From the NCBI RefSeq assembly GCF_009914755.1, contig NC_060941.1: a stretch of 64,000 bases of DNA; one strand, 5' to 3'. This document shows positions 1 to 16,780 of this stretch, one piece after another (the first letter of the stretch is position 1; every line of letters starts with the position of its first letter). The notes below the pieces were generated by a model, which did not search any database, was not told the DNA's origin, and was given only the letters and a program-made list of their open reading frames with translations. This stretch comes from the human T2T-CHM13v2.0 reference genome, Homo sapiens. The position numbers and the translations under genes were made by a program.

Positions 1-372
1 ATTTCAGGGGTCCCGGAAGAGTTGTTTGAGGTTTCTATTTGGCCAAGTCAGGCCCTGGTGGAGTTTGGACAGTCCCTAGTGGTCAACTGCAGCACTACTT
101 GCCCAGACCCAGGACCCAGTGGAATTGAGACCTTCTTAAAGAAAACTCAGGTGGACAAAGGGCCTCAGTGGAAAGAGTTTCTTCTGGAGGATGTCACAGA
201 GAATTCCATCCTGCAGTGCTTCTTCTCTTGTGCAGGGATTCAAAAGGACACAAGCCTTGGCATCACTGTGTATTGTGAGTAGGGCTGAGGGCTGGGGGCA
301 GGGGGATGGAAAGGAGGAATGGGGAAACATGAACATGTCTTATTTAGGGAAGGATGGGACAAATGTTTCTAA

Positions 373-737
<365 letters not shown>

Positions 738-924
738 TCAAGTCCAGCAAGTAGAAGTGAGCCGGGCCCACTTCTACTTCCCTTTGATGTAGGCTTTCTT
801 CTGAGTTTTAAATTAGGAGCAGACCATAGAGAGCATCCAGATTATCTGTGCTTGAAAATATCTTCAATACAGGAAACATATGCTAATAATGTTTATGGTT
901 AAATTACCAAAAAGTATAAGATTA

Positions 925-1222
925 GCCTGGCCACAGTGGTTCATGCTTTAATCCCAGCACTTTGGGAGGCCAAGGCAGGAGGATCACTTGAGGCCAGGAG
1001 TTTCAGACCAGCTTGAGAAACACAGTGAGACCTCTGTTTCTACAAAAGAAGTTTTTAAAATTAGCCAGGCATAGTGGCGTGCACCTGTGGTCCCAGCTAC
1101 TTGGGAGGCTAAGGTGGGAGGATCCCCGGAGCCTAGAAGTTCAAGCCTGCAGTGATCTATGATCACACCACTGCACTCCAGCCTGGGCAACAGAGTGGGA
1201 TCCTGTCTCTTAAAAAAAAAAA
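925..1222 (+). mobile_element. Alu (old, J-like)
   Basis: Divergent dimeric Alu with an A-tail. Confidence 0.85.
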
Positions 1223-1489
1223 GTATGAAATTAATGCTGAATTGTTTGCTACAAGCTCTTGGAATAAACAGAGATTGGAGAGAGAAGGGTTTTTGTGAGC
1301 TGGGGCAGCCTGAGAAGGCTCCATGGTAGAGGAGGCTCCTGCACTGCCCTCCCCCAGGATAGTTAGGGTTTGAATTGAAGGGGACAGGTGAGGAAGGCCT
1401 TTCAGGTGGGCAAATAACATGGACAAAGATATGGCACGAAAGCAAATGTGGTCTCTATGGGGTCAGAACTTGGTTAGCTATAGTTTGGT

Positions 1490-1790
1490 TTGTTTGTTTG
1501 TTTGTTTTGAGATGGAGTCTTGCTCTGTTGCCCAGGCTGGAGTGCAGTAGCACAATCTTGGCTCACTGCAACCTCTGCCTCCCGGGTTCAAGCAATTCTC
1601 TGCCTCAGCCTCCCGAGCAGCTGGGATTACAGGCACTTGCCACCACACCTGGCTAATTTTTGTATTTTTAGTAGAGACTGGGTTTCACCATCTTGGCCTG
1701 GCTGGTCTGGAACTCCTGACCTCAAGTGATCCGCTTGCCTTGGCCTCCCAAAGTACTGGGATTACAGGCGTGAGCCACTGCACCTGGCCT
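1490..1790 (-). mobile_element. Alu (S-like)
   Basis: Antisense Alu with a (TTTG)n tail. Confidence 0.9.
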
Positions 1791-4166
1791 GCTACAGTAT
1801 AGATTTTATGTGATGCTAAGGAGCCCCCGGAAGCTGCTCTTGCCTCTGAAGCCCCTCTGGTAAGAGATCAATGCTTTCCAGAATGGCAGCAACAGTCAAA
1901 GCAAGGGACTCTCCCTCAGCAGTCACTCTTCTTTGCTATGGCCATAGCCACTTTTGATGCGAAGAAGAAGAGCCAGAAGACTAACTCACCCCATCTAGGG
2001 CAGGGATGGCAGAAAGCTGACATTGCTGATCAGATGGTTTAAGGGTGGCAGTCACCTTCTGTGATTTGTATCACCTCATCTTTCTGTCCTATGCTGTTTC
2101 TTTCTGGAGAGGTGGGTGGCATGCTCATCAAGTCCTGCCTTTTTGTCTTAAAGAGCCACCAGAGCAAGTGATCCTGGAGCTGCAGCCTGCCTGGGTGGCC
2201 GTGGACGAAGCCTTCACAGTGAAGTGTCATGTACCCAGTGTAGCACCCTTGGAGAGTCTCACCCTTGCCCTTCTCCAGGGTAACCAAGAACTGCATAGAA
2301 AGAACTTTACGAGCTTGGCTGTGGCCTCCCAAAGAGCTGAAGTCATCATCAGTGTCAGAGCCCAAAAGGAGAATGACAGATGCAATTCTTCCTGCCATGC
2401 AGAACTGGACTTGAGTTTGCAAGGTGGGAGGCTCTTTCAAGGCAGCTCACCCATCAGAATAGTCCGGATCTTTGGTGAGTCAGAACTCAAGTGCAGGAGG
2501 AATCCTGGGGCTCATCTTGCCTTGGCCTTTGGGACTAAGTTCTCACGGGGTTTAGGGTGAGGATGTGAGAGTAACTGAGCTCCACCTTTGCTTGAGCTTT
2601 AAACTCACCCTGCGGAAGAGAGACATTTTAGCCCCACTCCCTTCCTACCTTGAAGGGTCCTGCATGATATGTGATTTATCATGGCTTTTCTCCTTTCTCT
2701 TCTTGTCCTCATTTTTTTGGCAGAATTCTCTCAGAGTCCCCACATCTGGGTCTCTTCCCTTTTGGAGGCTGGGATGGCGGAGACTGTGAGCTGCGAGGTG
2801 GCTAGGGTGTTTCCAGCCAAAGAAGTTATGTTCCACATGTTCCTGGAAGACCAAGAGCTGAGCTCCTTCCTTTCCTGGGAGGGGGACACAGCATGGGCCA
2901 ATGCTACCATTCGGACCATGGAGGCTGGTGATCAGGAACTGTCTTGCTTTGCATCTCTGGGTGCAATGGAACAGAAGACAAGAAAGCTAGTGCATAGCTA
3001 CAATAAGTGGCCTGGCTCTTCCTTTTTCATACGGGTTCTCTGCTGCTGAAAACACAGAGTAACGGGTTGGTGATTCGGCTGTAGACATCCCTGCTGCCCT
3101 TTGCTGGGTATGCTCTCAAGTGAACATGAGTCTTCATCTTTCTCTGGTAAATGCAGGCAGATTGGGGACATGGGCTACAGTAGTTCTTTCCAGCCTTCAT
3201 CCCCAGTTTCCTTAGGCTATCCTGCTTACAGAGTGATTGTGGATGCCCTGAACTACTTCTTAGAAACACTTATTTGAGGTGAGGAGGAAAGCTGTAAGAT
3301 GAAAAGACATCTTGCAGTCCTTGCAGCGAAGCATAGCTAAATGTGTGCATGCATAAGAGAAGCTCTTGAATCCCCAAACCACCTCATTCTTTCTTCAGCT
3401 TTTACAGAAGAAGCAATGGTATCCAAAATCTTTCCCCTGTTGTCTGCCTTCCCAAGGGCTTTTACCAGCAGCAAGAGTGCAGAAGTGTCTGCTAGTTTTG
3501 AGAAATGTGTCTGGTTCTCCTTTTCCTTTCCTTATAGGCTTCCCTCCACCAATCCTGGAGCTAAAAGAATCATACCCATTGGCAGGGACTGACATTAATG
3601 TGACCTGCTCAGGGCATGTATTAACATCACCCAGCCCTACTCTTCGGCTTCAGGGAGCCCCAGACCTCCCTGCTGGGGAGCCTGCCTGGCTTCTACTTAC
3701 TGCCAGGGAGGAAGATGATGGCTGAAATTTCTCCTGCTAGGCCTCTTTGGTGGTGCAGGGTCAGCGGTTGATGAAAACCACTGTGATCCAGCTCCATATC
3801 CTATGTGAGTGGAGGCCTGATCTTTCTTGTCAAAATAAGGATTATTATTTTCCCATTTCTAGAGAGCTTCTTGGCCAGCAGTGCTTCATTATTACAGTTG
3901 CCACATTTTTCTCATTAAAAAAAAAAATCAAAGGAGAAAATAAAAGGAAAGCTTTCCAAGCTTACCTTACTCCCGGGAAAGCAAGTGGGGAACCAGATGA
4001 GGGGAAATTGGGAACATAAAGGAAAGGAGTTAAAGTGATCAGGCAATATTAATTAAGGGTCGATGGCCGAGGAGAACAAAGGAAGTGATAGTGGGAGTTT
4101 ATGCTGAAAAGGGAAATTTCCAAAAATTCCATATACACATTTCTATTTTGAAGAGTAGAGAAAATA

Positions 4167-4478
4167 GGCCAGGTGCGGTGGCTTACGCCTGTAATCCCAG
4201 CACTTTGGGAGGCTGAGGCGGGTGGATGGCTAGCGGTCAGGAGTTCAAGAGCAGCCTGACCAACATGATGAAACCCTGTCTCTACTAAAAATACAGATAT
4301 TAGCCAGGCATGATCGTGGGTGCCTGTAATTCCAGCTACTCAGGAGGCTGAGGCAGGAGAATTGCTTGAAACCTGGGAGGCGGAGGTGGCAGTGAGCTGA
4401 GATCACGCCACTGCATTCTAGCCTGGATGACAAAGCGAGACTTCGTCTCAAAAAAAAAAAAAAAAAAAAGAAAAGAAA
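4167..4478 (+). mobile_element. Alu in a TCAM1P intron; left boundary of the CS duplication unit
   Basis: Full Alu; its right flank AAAAATCCTCATCTCTGAGTTCAC recurs at about 28244 and 43046. Confidence 0.9.
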
Positions 4479-4616
4479 AAATCCTCATCTCTGAGTTCAC
4501 CGTTACCTAGCTCCTTACCCACTGAGAAGCAAAGATGGGAAGCAGGGGCCCCAGGGCCACCATGGACAGAGCAGGGTTATCATGTAGTCTGAATCCGTAA
4601 AAACACCCTAGGTTTT

Positions 4617-4928
<312 letters not shown>

Positions 4929-5900
4929 CTAGGTTTCATCTGGGACTCCCTACCGATAGAGAAGGTGGGAAAGAAGAGTTGGCTCAAAGCAGGGAGCTGC
5001 TAGTGCTCCCTTGGGAAGGAAAGCTGTTGGGTGGAGGGGACAGCATTTGGGTGAGGGGAGGAGAGGGAGCAGGGGGTGAAGGTAGGGAGGGAGTGTGGTG
5101 CACTGAACTCAGCTCTTTGGGAAACTGTTTTTGCAGGCAAGCCACAGTTAGAGGAATCCAGTTGCCCTGGCAAACAGACCTGGCTGGAAGGGATGGAACA
5201 CACGCTCGCCTGCGTCCCAAAGGGAAACCCAGCTCCAGCCTTGGTGTGTACCTGGAATGGGGTGGTCTTTGACCTTGAAGTGCCACAGAAGGCAACCTAG
5301 AACCACACTGGAACCTACCGCTACACAGCCACTAACCAGCTGGGCTCTGTCAGCAAAGACATTGCTGTCATTGTTCAAGGTAACCTTTGCTGCCCTGCTG
5401 CCAGGCCCAGGATGGAAACCCCTCAGGAGTTTGGGATTCTTATCTAAGCATGAAAATAAGAAAGATTCTACTAGGTTGGGAAGAATGAGACTCAGAAGTG
5501 GGCCTGGTGGGCTGGGGTGGGTGATCCTTGTACTCTCAGACTTTCCTAACTCTATCTTCTGTGCTTGGGCAGGACTGGATGAAGGAATAAGCTCTACCCT
5601 CTTTGTCATTATTACCGTTGCCCTTGGAGTGGGTGTCATCACCATAGCACTGTATTTGAGCTATCGGCCCTGCAAAGTGGACAGGAGGAAATTGCTCTAT
5701 AGGCAGAAAGAGGAGGACAAAGAGGAGGAAAGCCAGTTTGCTGTTCAGGAAGAGAAAAGTACAACTCATATAATTGACAACTGTTTGATTGAATGAGACT
5801 TCTGCTACTGTGGTTTCCCAGGGAGGGAAGAAGGGATAGAGGAGAAAGGAAGAAACACAATGGCAGGCTGCATTCCCCTTTGTGTACGTCTGTCCTGTAA

Positions 5901-6325
<425 letters not shown>

Positions 6326-7041
6326 TGATTTGTAAGAAGGCCTCTTGCTCCTTGCCAGGTGCTTCATCAGTCCACTCTTAGATACAAAAAAAAGATCCTG
6401 CTGTTTCTTTATGGTTTCCACTGCCCTTTTCTCTTAAACATCATACTAAAGTCAGGCACATCTTAGAAATGCAACTCATATTTCATGGTTTTCTGATTAC
6501 TAACTGGGAACTAAATTTGTAGTCCAGGGACAGGACTTTGAAGGGAGTAAGTATCAAATATGGGGCTAGGAATCAGAGCTCTGTTCCCATCTCCACTTTC
6601 CCTTGCTCCCCTGACCTGGGCTTCTGGAGGGCCAGCTCCCAGAGCTGAGCTTGTTGACATCATTAAGGATCAGTGGCAAGCTTCAACTCAGTAACCATCT
6701 GTTGTGGGTCTTGGGGGAGTATACAGATGGTAAGAAATTCCACTTCGGGCCAGACAAGCATCCTATCTAGCCCAGTGTTCTGTCTCTGAAGTAGAAGGTA
6801 GAGTTCTTCCATGAAATTGGCCTCATAGGTTAAGAGCTCCAAACATCTCTGAATTCCTTTTCATAGAGTGATCAACTGTGAGTTCGCATTTGTCAGTTTT
6901 TTTTTTTTACCCATGTGGGTGTCTAGGTTAGAGTTGCAATGTTTACTCTCCCTTTTCATCAATAAGGACATATTTTCTTCTGTCTGTAAGCAATTTCCTT
7001 GAAGCTTCAAGAAGAATCCTCTTGTGAAAATGTTCATATGA

Positions 7042-7550
<509 letters not shown>

Positions 7551-7591
7551 GCTGAAAGCTCTTATTATGTCAAATGGTTGCATTTTATAAC

Positions 7592-7888
7592 TTTTTCTTT
7601 TTTTTTTTTTAGATGGAGTCTCACTCTGTTGCCCAGGCTGGAGTGCAGTGGCGCGATTTCGGCTCACTTCAACCTCCACCTCCCAGTTTCAAGCAATTCT
7701 CTGCCTCAGCCTCCCGAGTAGCTGGGATTACAGGCACCCACCGCCATGACCAGCTAATTTTTTGTATTTTTAGTAGAGACAGGGTTTCACCATCTTGACT
7801 AGGCTAGTCTTGAAGTCCTGACCTCGCGATCCACCCACCTTGGCCTCCTAAAGTGCTGGTATTACTGGCGTGAGCCACCGCTCTCGGC
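7592..7888 (-). mobile_element. Alu (paralogs about 30730-31024 and 45527-45818)
   Basis: Antisense Alu with TSD TGCATTTTATAACTTT. Confidence 0.9.
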
Positions 7889-8021
7889 TGCATTTTATAA
7901 CTTTAAGTACAATTTCTAAGGAAAAAATACCGTGTTGATAGCATAAACAACCAGCTCAGGGCAGGGGGTGCATTAGCTCAGGGCAGCAGCCTATTTGACC
8001 TGCTTTCAAAACTGAAATTCA

Positions 8022-8335
8022 GGCCGGGGGCAGTGGCTCACGCCTGTAATCCCAGCACTTTGGGAGGCTGAGGCAGGTGAATCACTTGAGCCCCGGAGTT
8101 TGCGAATAGCCTGGGCAACATGGCAAAACCCCATTTCTATAAAAAATACAAAACTAGGCCAGGTATACTGGCACGTGCCTGTAGTCCCAGCTACTTGAGA
8201 GTCTGAGGTGGGAGGATCACTTGAGCACAGGAGATGGAGGGTTGCAGCAAGTTGAGATCATGCACTGCACTCCAGCCTGGGCGACAGAGCCAGACCCTGT
8301 CTCAAAAACAAAACAAAGGAAACAAAAACAAAAAC
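8022..8335 (+). mobile_element. Alu (J-like; paralogs near 31157 and 45952)
   Basis: Dimeric Alu with an A-rich tail. Confidence 0.85.
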
Positions 8336-8502
8336 TAAAGTTCAGACTTCCAGATAGAGAGAGGTCCATAGCCTTCCAAATTGCAGATACTAGCTAGGAA
8401 AAACCATGGCATCAGACAGCAGAGGGAAAATGTTTTTCCATTCTTCCCAGACCTCCCCTAAGTCTGGTGTTATAGATTAAGTATAAAAATAACCCTTTGG
8501 AA

Positions 8503-8951
<449 letters not shown>

Positions 8952-9870
8952 CTATGACTGGGAAAACAGATTGTTAAGAGAAAGCATAACTCGGATCAAG
9001 GAAGGCTTCCTGGAGGGACACGAAATATCTTGACTTTGTAAAATAGCATCATCCCGGAACATGACCTTTTCAACCTCAATGTTTCCACTAGGTGGAGCTA
9101 CTGCTCTCTCATCATGTGAGTCTAATATAAATCATCCACCTTCCCTGAATTGAGCATTTGGGGAAGTAAGTTAAGAAGCAGGTTTAAGAGACAGGAGTAT
9201 AGAGCTGCCCCATGCAGGGATCCACAGACATTTCGGTGTCAGGATCAGCCACATCAAGGCTATAGTTATCTTGTATCTGCAAACCCTGCCTCATGGCCTC
9301 AGTGCCTTGAAGCACAGCGAATTCAAAAAGGAAGGGAAAAATGAGCCAGGCATGCCGGTGTGCACCTGTAATCCCAGCTACTGGGGAGGCTGAGGCAGGA
9401 GAATCGCTTGAACCTGGGAGGCAGAGTTGCAGTGAGCCGAGATCGTGCCATTGCACTCCAGCCTGGGCAACAGAGTGACACCCCATCTTGAAGAAAACAA
9501 AAACAAAAGCAAACAAACAAAAAACAAGACAAAACCAAAAAAAGAGGGAAGAAGGGGGCCACTTGGACTTTCTAGTTCCAGCAGGGAGATCCTGGAGGCT
9601 CAGCCGGCTGCTGCCTTTGCTTCTCACTGCCACAGGGTGTCAGTGTGGACAGATGGTCCCACACAGTACCCTCAAACCAAGCGGGTCTGCAGATCTGGGT
9701 TCCTACCTGCTGTGGATCTCTGAGGGAGGATGATCTGCTTCTTCGGGGCCTGGTCCAGCAGCGGGTGTCCTCTTGCTGGGGTTTCCAGGGTTCCAGTTCT
9801 TAGAGCTCAGTAGTTTGGATGAGCCGTCCCGCAAAGCTCTTCAGAGTAGGCTGGGCTGTTTCCCTTGTAG

Positions 9871-10266
<396 letters not shown>

Positions 10267-10489
10267 TGATTCTGAAAGCAGGAAGGGTCTCATATCTCTT
10301 TTCCAGTATGATAGAGCTTCTAAGGGTAGCTGCCTCATTGTCTATAGGAGGAGGCCCCACCCCTAAATGATTTTGATCGTATTCTTTCTGAACATTAAAG
10401 CAACCAGCTCACGCTTAAATTGCAGGTATCTTGATTATCTCCAGAGGAAGAGTGGCCTTTAATACTCCAAAATTTTATCCTCTTTCTTA

Positions 10490-10757
10490 TTATTTTTGAG
10501 AGAGAATCTTGCTCAGCCACCCAGCTGGAGTGCAGTGGCATGATGGGCTCAGCGCAACTCTGCCTCCCGGGCTCAAGCGATTCTCGTGCCTCAGTAGCTG
10601 GGAATACAGGTGTGCACCACCACACCTGGCTAATTTTTGTATTTTTAGTAGAGACGGGGTGCCATCATTTTGGCCAGGCTTGTCTTGAACTCCTGATCTC
10701 CTCCCGCCTCGGCCTCCCAAAGTGCTGAGATTACTGGCTTGAGCCACTGTGCCTGGC
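10490..10757 (-). mobile_element. Divergent Alu (paralogs near 33298 and 48060)
   Basis: Antisense Alu with internal deletions. Confidence 0.8.
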
Positions 10758-11171
10758 AGTTTATCCTCTCAAGGATGGTCAGGGTGACATTCTGGCGTCT
10801 TTGTCTTTAGACCTGAGAAAGAGTAAGTTACATCTTTAGTGGGACTTCTTACCATAGGATTAATAATAGTATTTACCTTAGAAGATTATACTTAGAAAGA
10901 AATCACATAATACTTGCAATAAACTAGCATGTTGCTGGAGACATGTGTTTACATTTGTTGGTTTTTGTGATTACACTGATAATTCTGGTGGTAATTAAGC
11001 ACATCATTATAATCACAGTAAACTCAAAGCAAGAATCAGAAATCCATGGTAACCTTGAGCACCATCAAAAGTCATATACACCGTGCGCAGCTTTCTGATT
11101 TTTCTACTCTTTTTCTTGCTCCTTCCCCTACTTTCCCCCCAGTTTGGTCCCCTAAGATTTAGGACTACTAA

Positions 11172-11293
11172 TAGGGTGACCAGTCCTGTGAGCTGAGTTT
11201 GCATTGAGCTGAGGGATTCCTGGAAGGAATGTGGGACTTCCAGTGTTGACATTGAGAAAGTCTCCTGCAAACCAGGACGAGTTGGTGACCCTA
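11172..11293. mobile_element. hAT-Blackjack MITE (MER94/MER81-like); copies near 33979 and 48742
   Basis: Terminal inverted repeats TAGGGTGACCA...TGGTGACCCTA around a roughly 120-bp body containing GGGACTT(T/C)CAGTG and AAACCAGGACGAGTTGG. Confidence 0.65.
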
Positions 11294-11666
11294 ATCCCAG
11301 CGGTGCTCATTGTGTGCCTCAGCACTCCAGGGCCTTCTGAATTAAAGAAGCATCCAGGCAAAGTGTCAGCTTGTCTTGGCCTAGAAGCCCAGACCCTGTA
11401 ATTCAGAAGAAAAGGGAAGGGGTCAGTTCTGCTCTCAACTGTGTATAAAGGGACAAAACCCACCATGTGTATTTCGACAATGCTCATGGAAGAAATTCAG
11501 AAGTGGTCATTTTAGGTTAGGGTAAATTCAAAAAAAATGACAGAGTCAGTAAAACATTATGCCAGGGGTCAAGGATGACTGGAGCTCTGCCTGCTGAACT
11601 CTTCCTTGTGTGAGTCTTGCTAATCTTATCTTCAGGAAGAGTTTTCATTAGAAAATACCAATAAGA

Positions 11667-11945
11667 GCCAGGCCTGGTGGCTCCCGCCTGTAATCCTATC
11701 ACTTTGGGAGGCCAAGAAGGGTGGATCACCTGAGGCCAGGAGTTTGAGACCAGCCTGGCCAACATGGCGAAACCCTGTCTTTACCAAAAATAAAAACATC
11801 TGCCCTGTGTGCACGCTTATAATCCCAGCTACTCAGGAGGCTGAGGCATGAGAATCACTTGAACCCGGGAGGAGGCGGAGGTTGCAGTGAGCCAAGATCC
11901 CACCACTGCACTCCAGCCTCTGTCTCAAAAACAAAAACAAAAATA
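11667..11945 (+). mobile_element. Alu (paralogs near 34473 and 49235)
   Basis: Alu body with a shared internal deletion near its 3' end. Confidence 0.85.
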
Positions 11946-11959
11946 AAGTATTAACAATT

Positions 11960-12248
11960 TTTAGTTGTGAGAAGATATAAACGTTTCCATCTTAACCATT
12001 TTACGTGTACAGTTCAGTCATGTCAAGTACATTGACATCGTCATGCAACCCTCACCACCATCCATCTCCAGAACCCTTTTCATCTTGCACAGCTGAAACC
12101 CTGTGCTCATTAAATAGCTCCCTATTCCATCCCTCCCCACAGCCACTGGCAGCCACCATCCTACTTTTTGTCTCTATGAATTTGACTGCTCTGAGTACCT
12201 CATCTGACTGGAATCGGAGAGTATTTGTCTTTTTGTGACTGGCTCATG
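11960..12248 (-). mobile_element. Old L1 (L1MB-like) 3' fragment; copies at about 34788-35070 and 49545-49826
   Basis: CATCTTAACCATTTT...GTACAGTTCAGT...CACCATCCATCTCCAGAAC...TGTCTCTATGAATTTGACT is the typical antisense L1MB 3'UTR. Confidence 0.7.
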
Positions 12249-12395
12249 ATAAACACTTTTTAGATGACTGGTTGGAATTAGGAGCAGGTGGCACCACAAC
12301 TGGCCCAGGCCTCTCATCTCCTTTTTCTCCTTTTTCCCTATTCCACCAGTACAACAGCTGTGAACACATGGGTCTCATCTTTGCGGTCCCTAACA

Positions 12396-12573
12396 CAGTG
12401 GTTCTCAACCTTGTTTACATGTTAGAATCACCTGGGAAAGTTTTCAAACTACTCTTGCCTGGACCACATTCCAGTCTAATTATATCAGAATCTCAGGGAG
12501 TGAGGGCTCACGTATGCATCGTTTAGAAAACATCCTAGGCATCTCAAATTTGCAGGAGAAATTGCCGTCCACA
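12396..12573. mobile_element. MER5B-like hAT-Charlie DNA transposon relic (copies at about 35231-35408 and 49976-50153)
   Basis: Starts CAGTGGTTCTCAACCTTG...TTAGAATCACCTGGG...ATCAGAATCTC, colinear with the MER5B consensus as recalled; about 178 bp. Confidence 0.72.
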
Positions 12574-12600
12574 CCAAGTTGATGAGCTGAAATGTAGACT
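12440..12600. promoter_or_regulatory. CS-B (CSH2) 3' placental enhancer core (DF-3/DF-4)
   Basis: About 2.3 kb past the CSH2 polyA signal. The minus strand reads TAATTAGACTGGAATGTGGTCC (TEAD/GT-IIC site, CATTCC 12467-12472) and CTCATCAACTTGGTGTGGACGGC, matching the footprints as I recall them. Confidence 0.8.
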
Positions 12601-14840
12601 AACAGTGGGTAAATCAGAGTTTAAAGTAGATGGTCTTTAAGGTCTTTTTATATTCTAAAATGTGCAAAGTCAGCTAGTATCTAATTCTCAACCAGCAGTG
12701 GTTGAGTGGATTCTCCTACACCCGAGGGGAGCTGGGTGGACAGTCTCTGGCGTGTGGCTCCCCCTGCAGTTCAGTTATATGTCATCACCACCCCACTTTA
12801 GAACCCCCTTAGCCACCCAAGTAGGCGCTGGAGCATTGTCATTCCACTGTCACGTGCATTCAACAAATACTTATTAAGATGGCTCACAATTCCTTTTAAA
12901 ACACGCAAGCTGAGAGATAATTATAATTGTGCTCATTCCATCGACTTCTAAAGACTGAGATTTCTAAATAATTTTAAGGCCAAATGAAGGACGTTGCAGG
13001 AATATTGATTCCAGCTTTGTGCAAGAAATAGTTTTTTGCAATGAGAGTGGTTTAATAGAATGAGGAGCCTTGTGAAAGTGATTCCTTTGGTTCTAGTGCT
13101 ACACACTCATAATTGGAATACTGACTGTAATGGACGCCGTAGGATAAGATTCCCAAAGTAGAAGAAACTAGACTGACTTATGAGGCCCTTCTAACTCCAA
13201 AATACCATAATTTTAAAGCCCGATAGTAGAAGAATGATGTAAGATGAAGAAATGTCTTCTGAGCTGAGAAATGCAGCAGCTCTAGAGTTCTGATTATTTC
13301 AACTTTCAACCACTTCCCAAGGACTGAGTTATTAACTGTAAAATAGCCAAAAATGAACACAAGTGGTTCTCGTTATCAAGAAAATTCATGATAGCACATA
13401 AGAATCAGAACTTCTAAAGAAGATTAATTAGGGGGTTGATTATTTGCATTGCAAAACAATTCCTGACTTCATGAAATCATTTTTGGATACTAGAGTTCCT
13501 GTGAGCATCTTAGCATCGATTTATAGGTCACCAGTCACTTAGCCAAGGTGCTTGGGAGAGTAAACTCTTAACTAACCACCGCTCTTTAGTGCTTATTTGG
13601 AAATAATAAACATCTCAGATGTTTACTATTTCCTAATTGTCATTAGGAAAACAATATAATTTCACTACAGGTATTTAGACACTCCATCAGAAAACACAAA
13701 ACATCCAAAAATTCAATGCAGAAATAACTACAATTTCTTGAGTACTATAATATGTCAAAAATACCATTGCATTTATCCTCACATAATCCTTGTAAAGCAA
13801 TATATTATTATCTCAGCTTGGTCAAGTAATTTATTCAGCGGCACTAAATTGCATACAGCCCAAATCTTTCTGATTCTTTCCCTTACACCAAGTTACCCCA
13901 ATCAACATCTCTTAGAATAAAATTGCTCACAGACAGCTTGGAGACCATGTGTGTTTGGGTTAATTTTTGCCCTTAAAAGATTTTCAATATGTGTTGCCAG
14001 TGTTTAAATGTTAGAATTCCTGTAAAAGTCTGGATGTCCTGGCTGTCTCAAAGAATCAGAAGGTCTGGAAGCCGTGTCCCTTCAGTCCTGATGGTGACAG
14101 GCTGGGTGGGTCCCACCTCAGCAGGGGCTTGAGTTCTGCAGATTGTGCTGGTTCCCACCCCTCTGTGTTGCATCCCCTGAAGGGAAGCGAGTGTCATCTG
14201 GGATTTATCCCCTCCCATCCAGCCCTCATTGCTTACGTTGTTATCTACCTGGCACCTGTTGGCACTGCATTTACAACCCCAAATAAAATCACTCTTCCAC
14301 TTCCCTTGCCCTAATTCAGATTCCAAATGCTCTGGTTCTGTATGTCTCAAACTCATTTTTGCATTGTTCTCATTTCCCGAGAGTAGTTGGGCTTAAGGAA
14401 TATTCATCCTAAAATTCTTCTGAACACAAGTAATTCTATGCCATTGTTTCCTCACCTGTTGGGGAGTTTTTGTCTCTGCACTTAATAGCCCATCTTGTTT
14501 TCATTTCTTCCCGCTCCTGGAGGGCTAGGTTTGGTGTTGCTGGTGATGGTGGGGGAGGAAGAAATGCCTTCAAGTCATCTCTGGGATGACCAATGAGCTG
14601 TGACCAGCAAGCTGGGACCACTGAGCTGGTGGAATGGCCTTAGTGAGTAATAGCGGTGATGTGTCAGCCTTTTTCTGGCCCAGGAACAGCCAAGCCTCTT
14701 ATATTTCAGCGGCCTAGTTCCCAATAGATCTTGAAGGCCCTCCAGGTCTTCTTTCCACCTACCCCTTGCTCCATACCACCACCTTCCACCCCATAATATT
14801 ATAGAATGACACCTAGTCAGATGAAATGATACAACTTAAT

Positions 14841-14846
14841 TTTATT
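14841..14846 (-). terminator. CSH2 polyadenylation signal
   Basis: AATAAA about 90 nt after the stop codon, conserved in all five paralogs. Confidence 0.85.
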
Positions 14847-14935
14847 AGGACAAGGCTGATGGGCACTGGAGTGGCACCTTCCAGGGCCAGGAGAGGCACT
14901 GGGGAGGGGTCGGTCACAGGATGCCACGCGGGCAC

Positions 14936-16424
<1,489 letters not shown>

Positions 16425-16504
16425 TGCCGCTAGGTGAGCTGTCCACAGGACCCTGAGTGGTTCGGGGAGTTGGGCCTTGGGATCCTAGAGCCGGTCTCTT
16501 GTGG

Positions 16505-16780
16505 GCCCTTTTTATACCCTGGCCAGTTCTCTCTCCCTGCTTGACCCCACCTGTTTCTGTGTACATTTATGCATGGGGCCACTGACGGGCTTGTGCTAAT
16601 GGATAATTTGGAAGCTCCTCCCACACATGCTGGGATCATGCCCCCTGGCTTGTCGTCTTTCCCTTCTCACCATCACCAGTGTTGTAAGGATTGTGCACAG
16701 AGTGTCAGCCACAGACTCCACCCAACTTGTCCTCTCTTTGAGGGTCAGGTGGGTGCCCTCTGGCTGCAGGCCATGTTGGT
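16505..16780 (-). promoter_or_regulatory. CSH2 proximal promoter
   Basis: TATAAA 16516-16511; proximal POU1F1/Pit-1-type site ATGCATAAATG 16574-16564; distal AAATTATCCATTAG about 16609-16596; Sp1-like GGGAGG. Confidence 0.85.

Noticed and set aside
5257-5796. 179-aa ORF repeated three times (also 28702 and 43505)
   Set aside because: Off-frame exon plus intron fused to the real last TCAM1 exon; GTG start; recurrence reflects duplication only.
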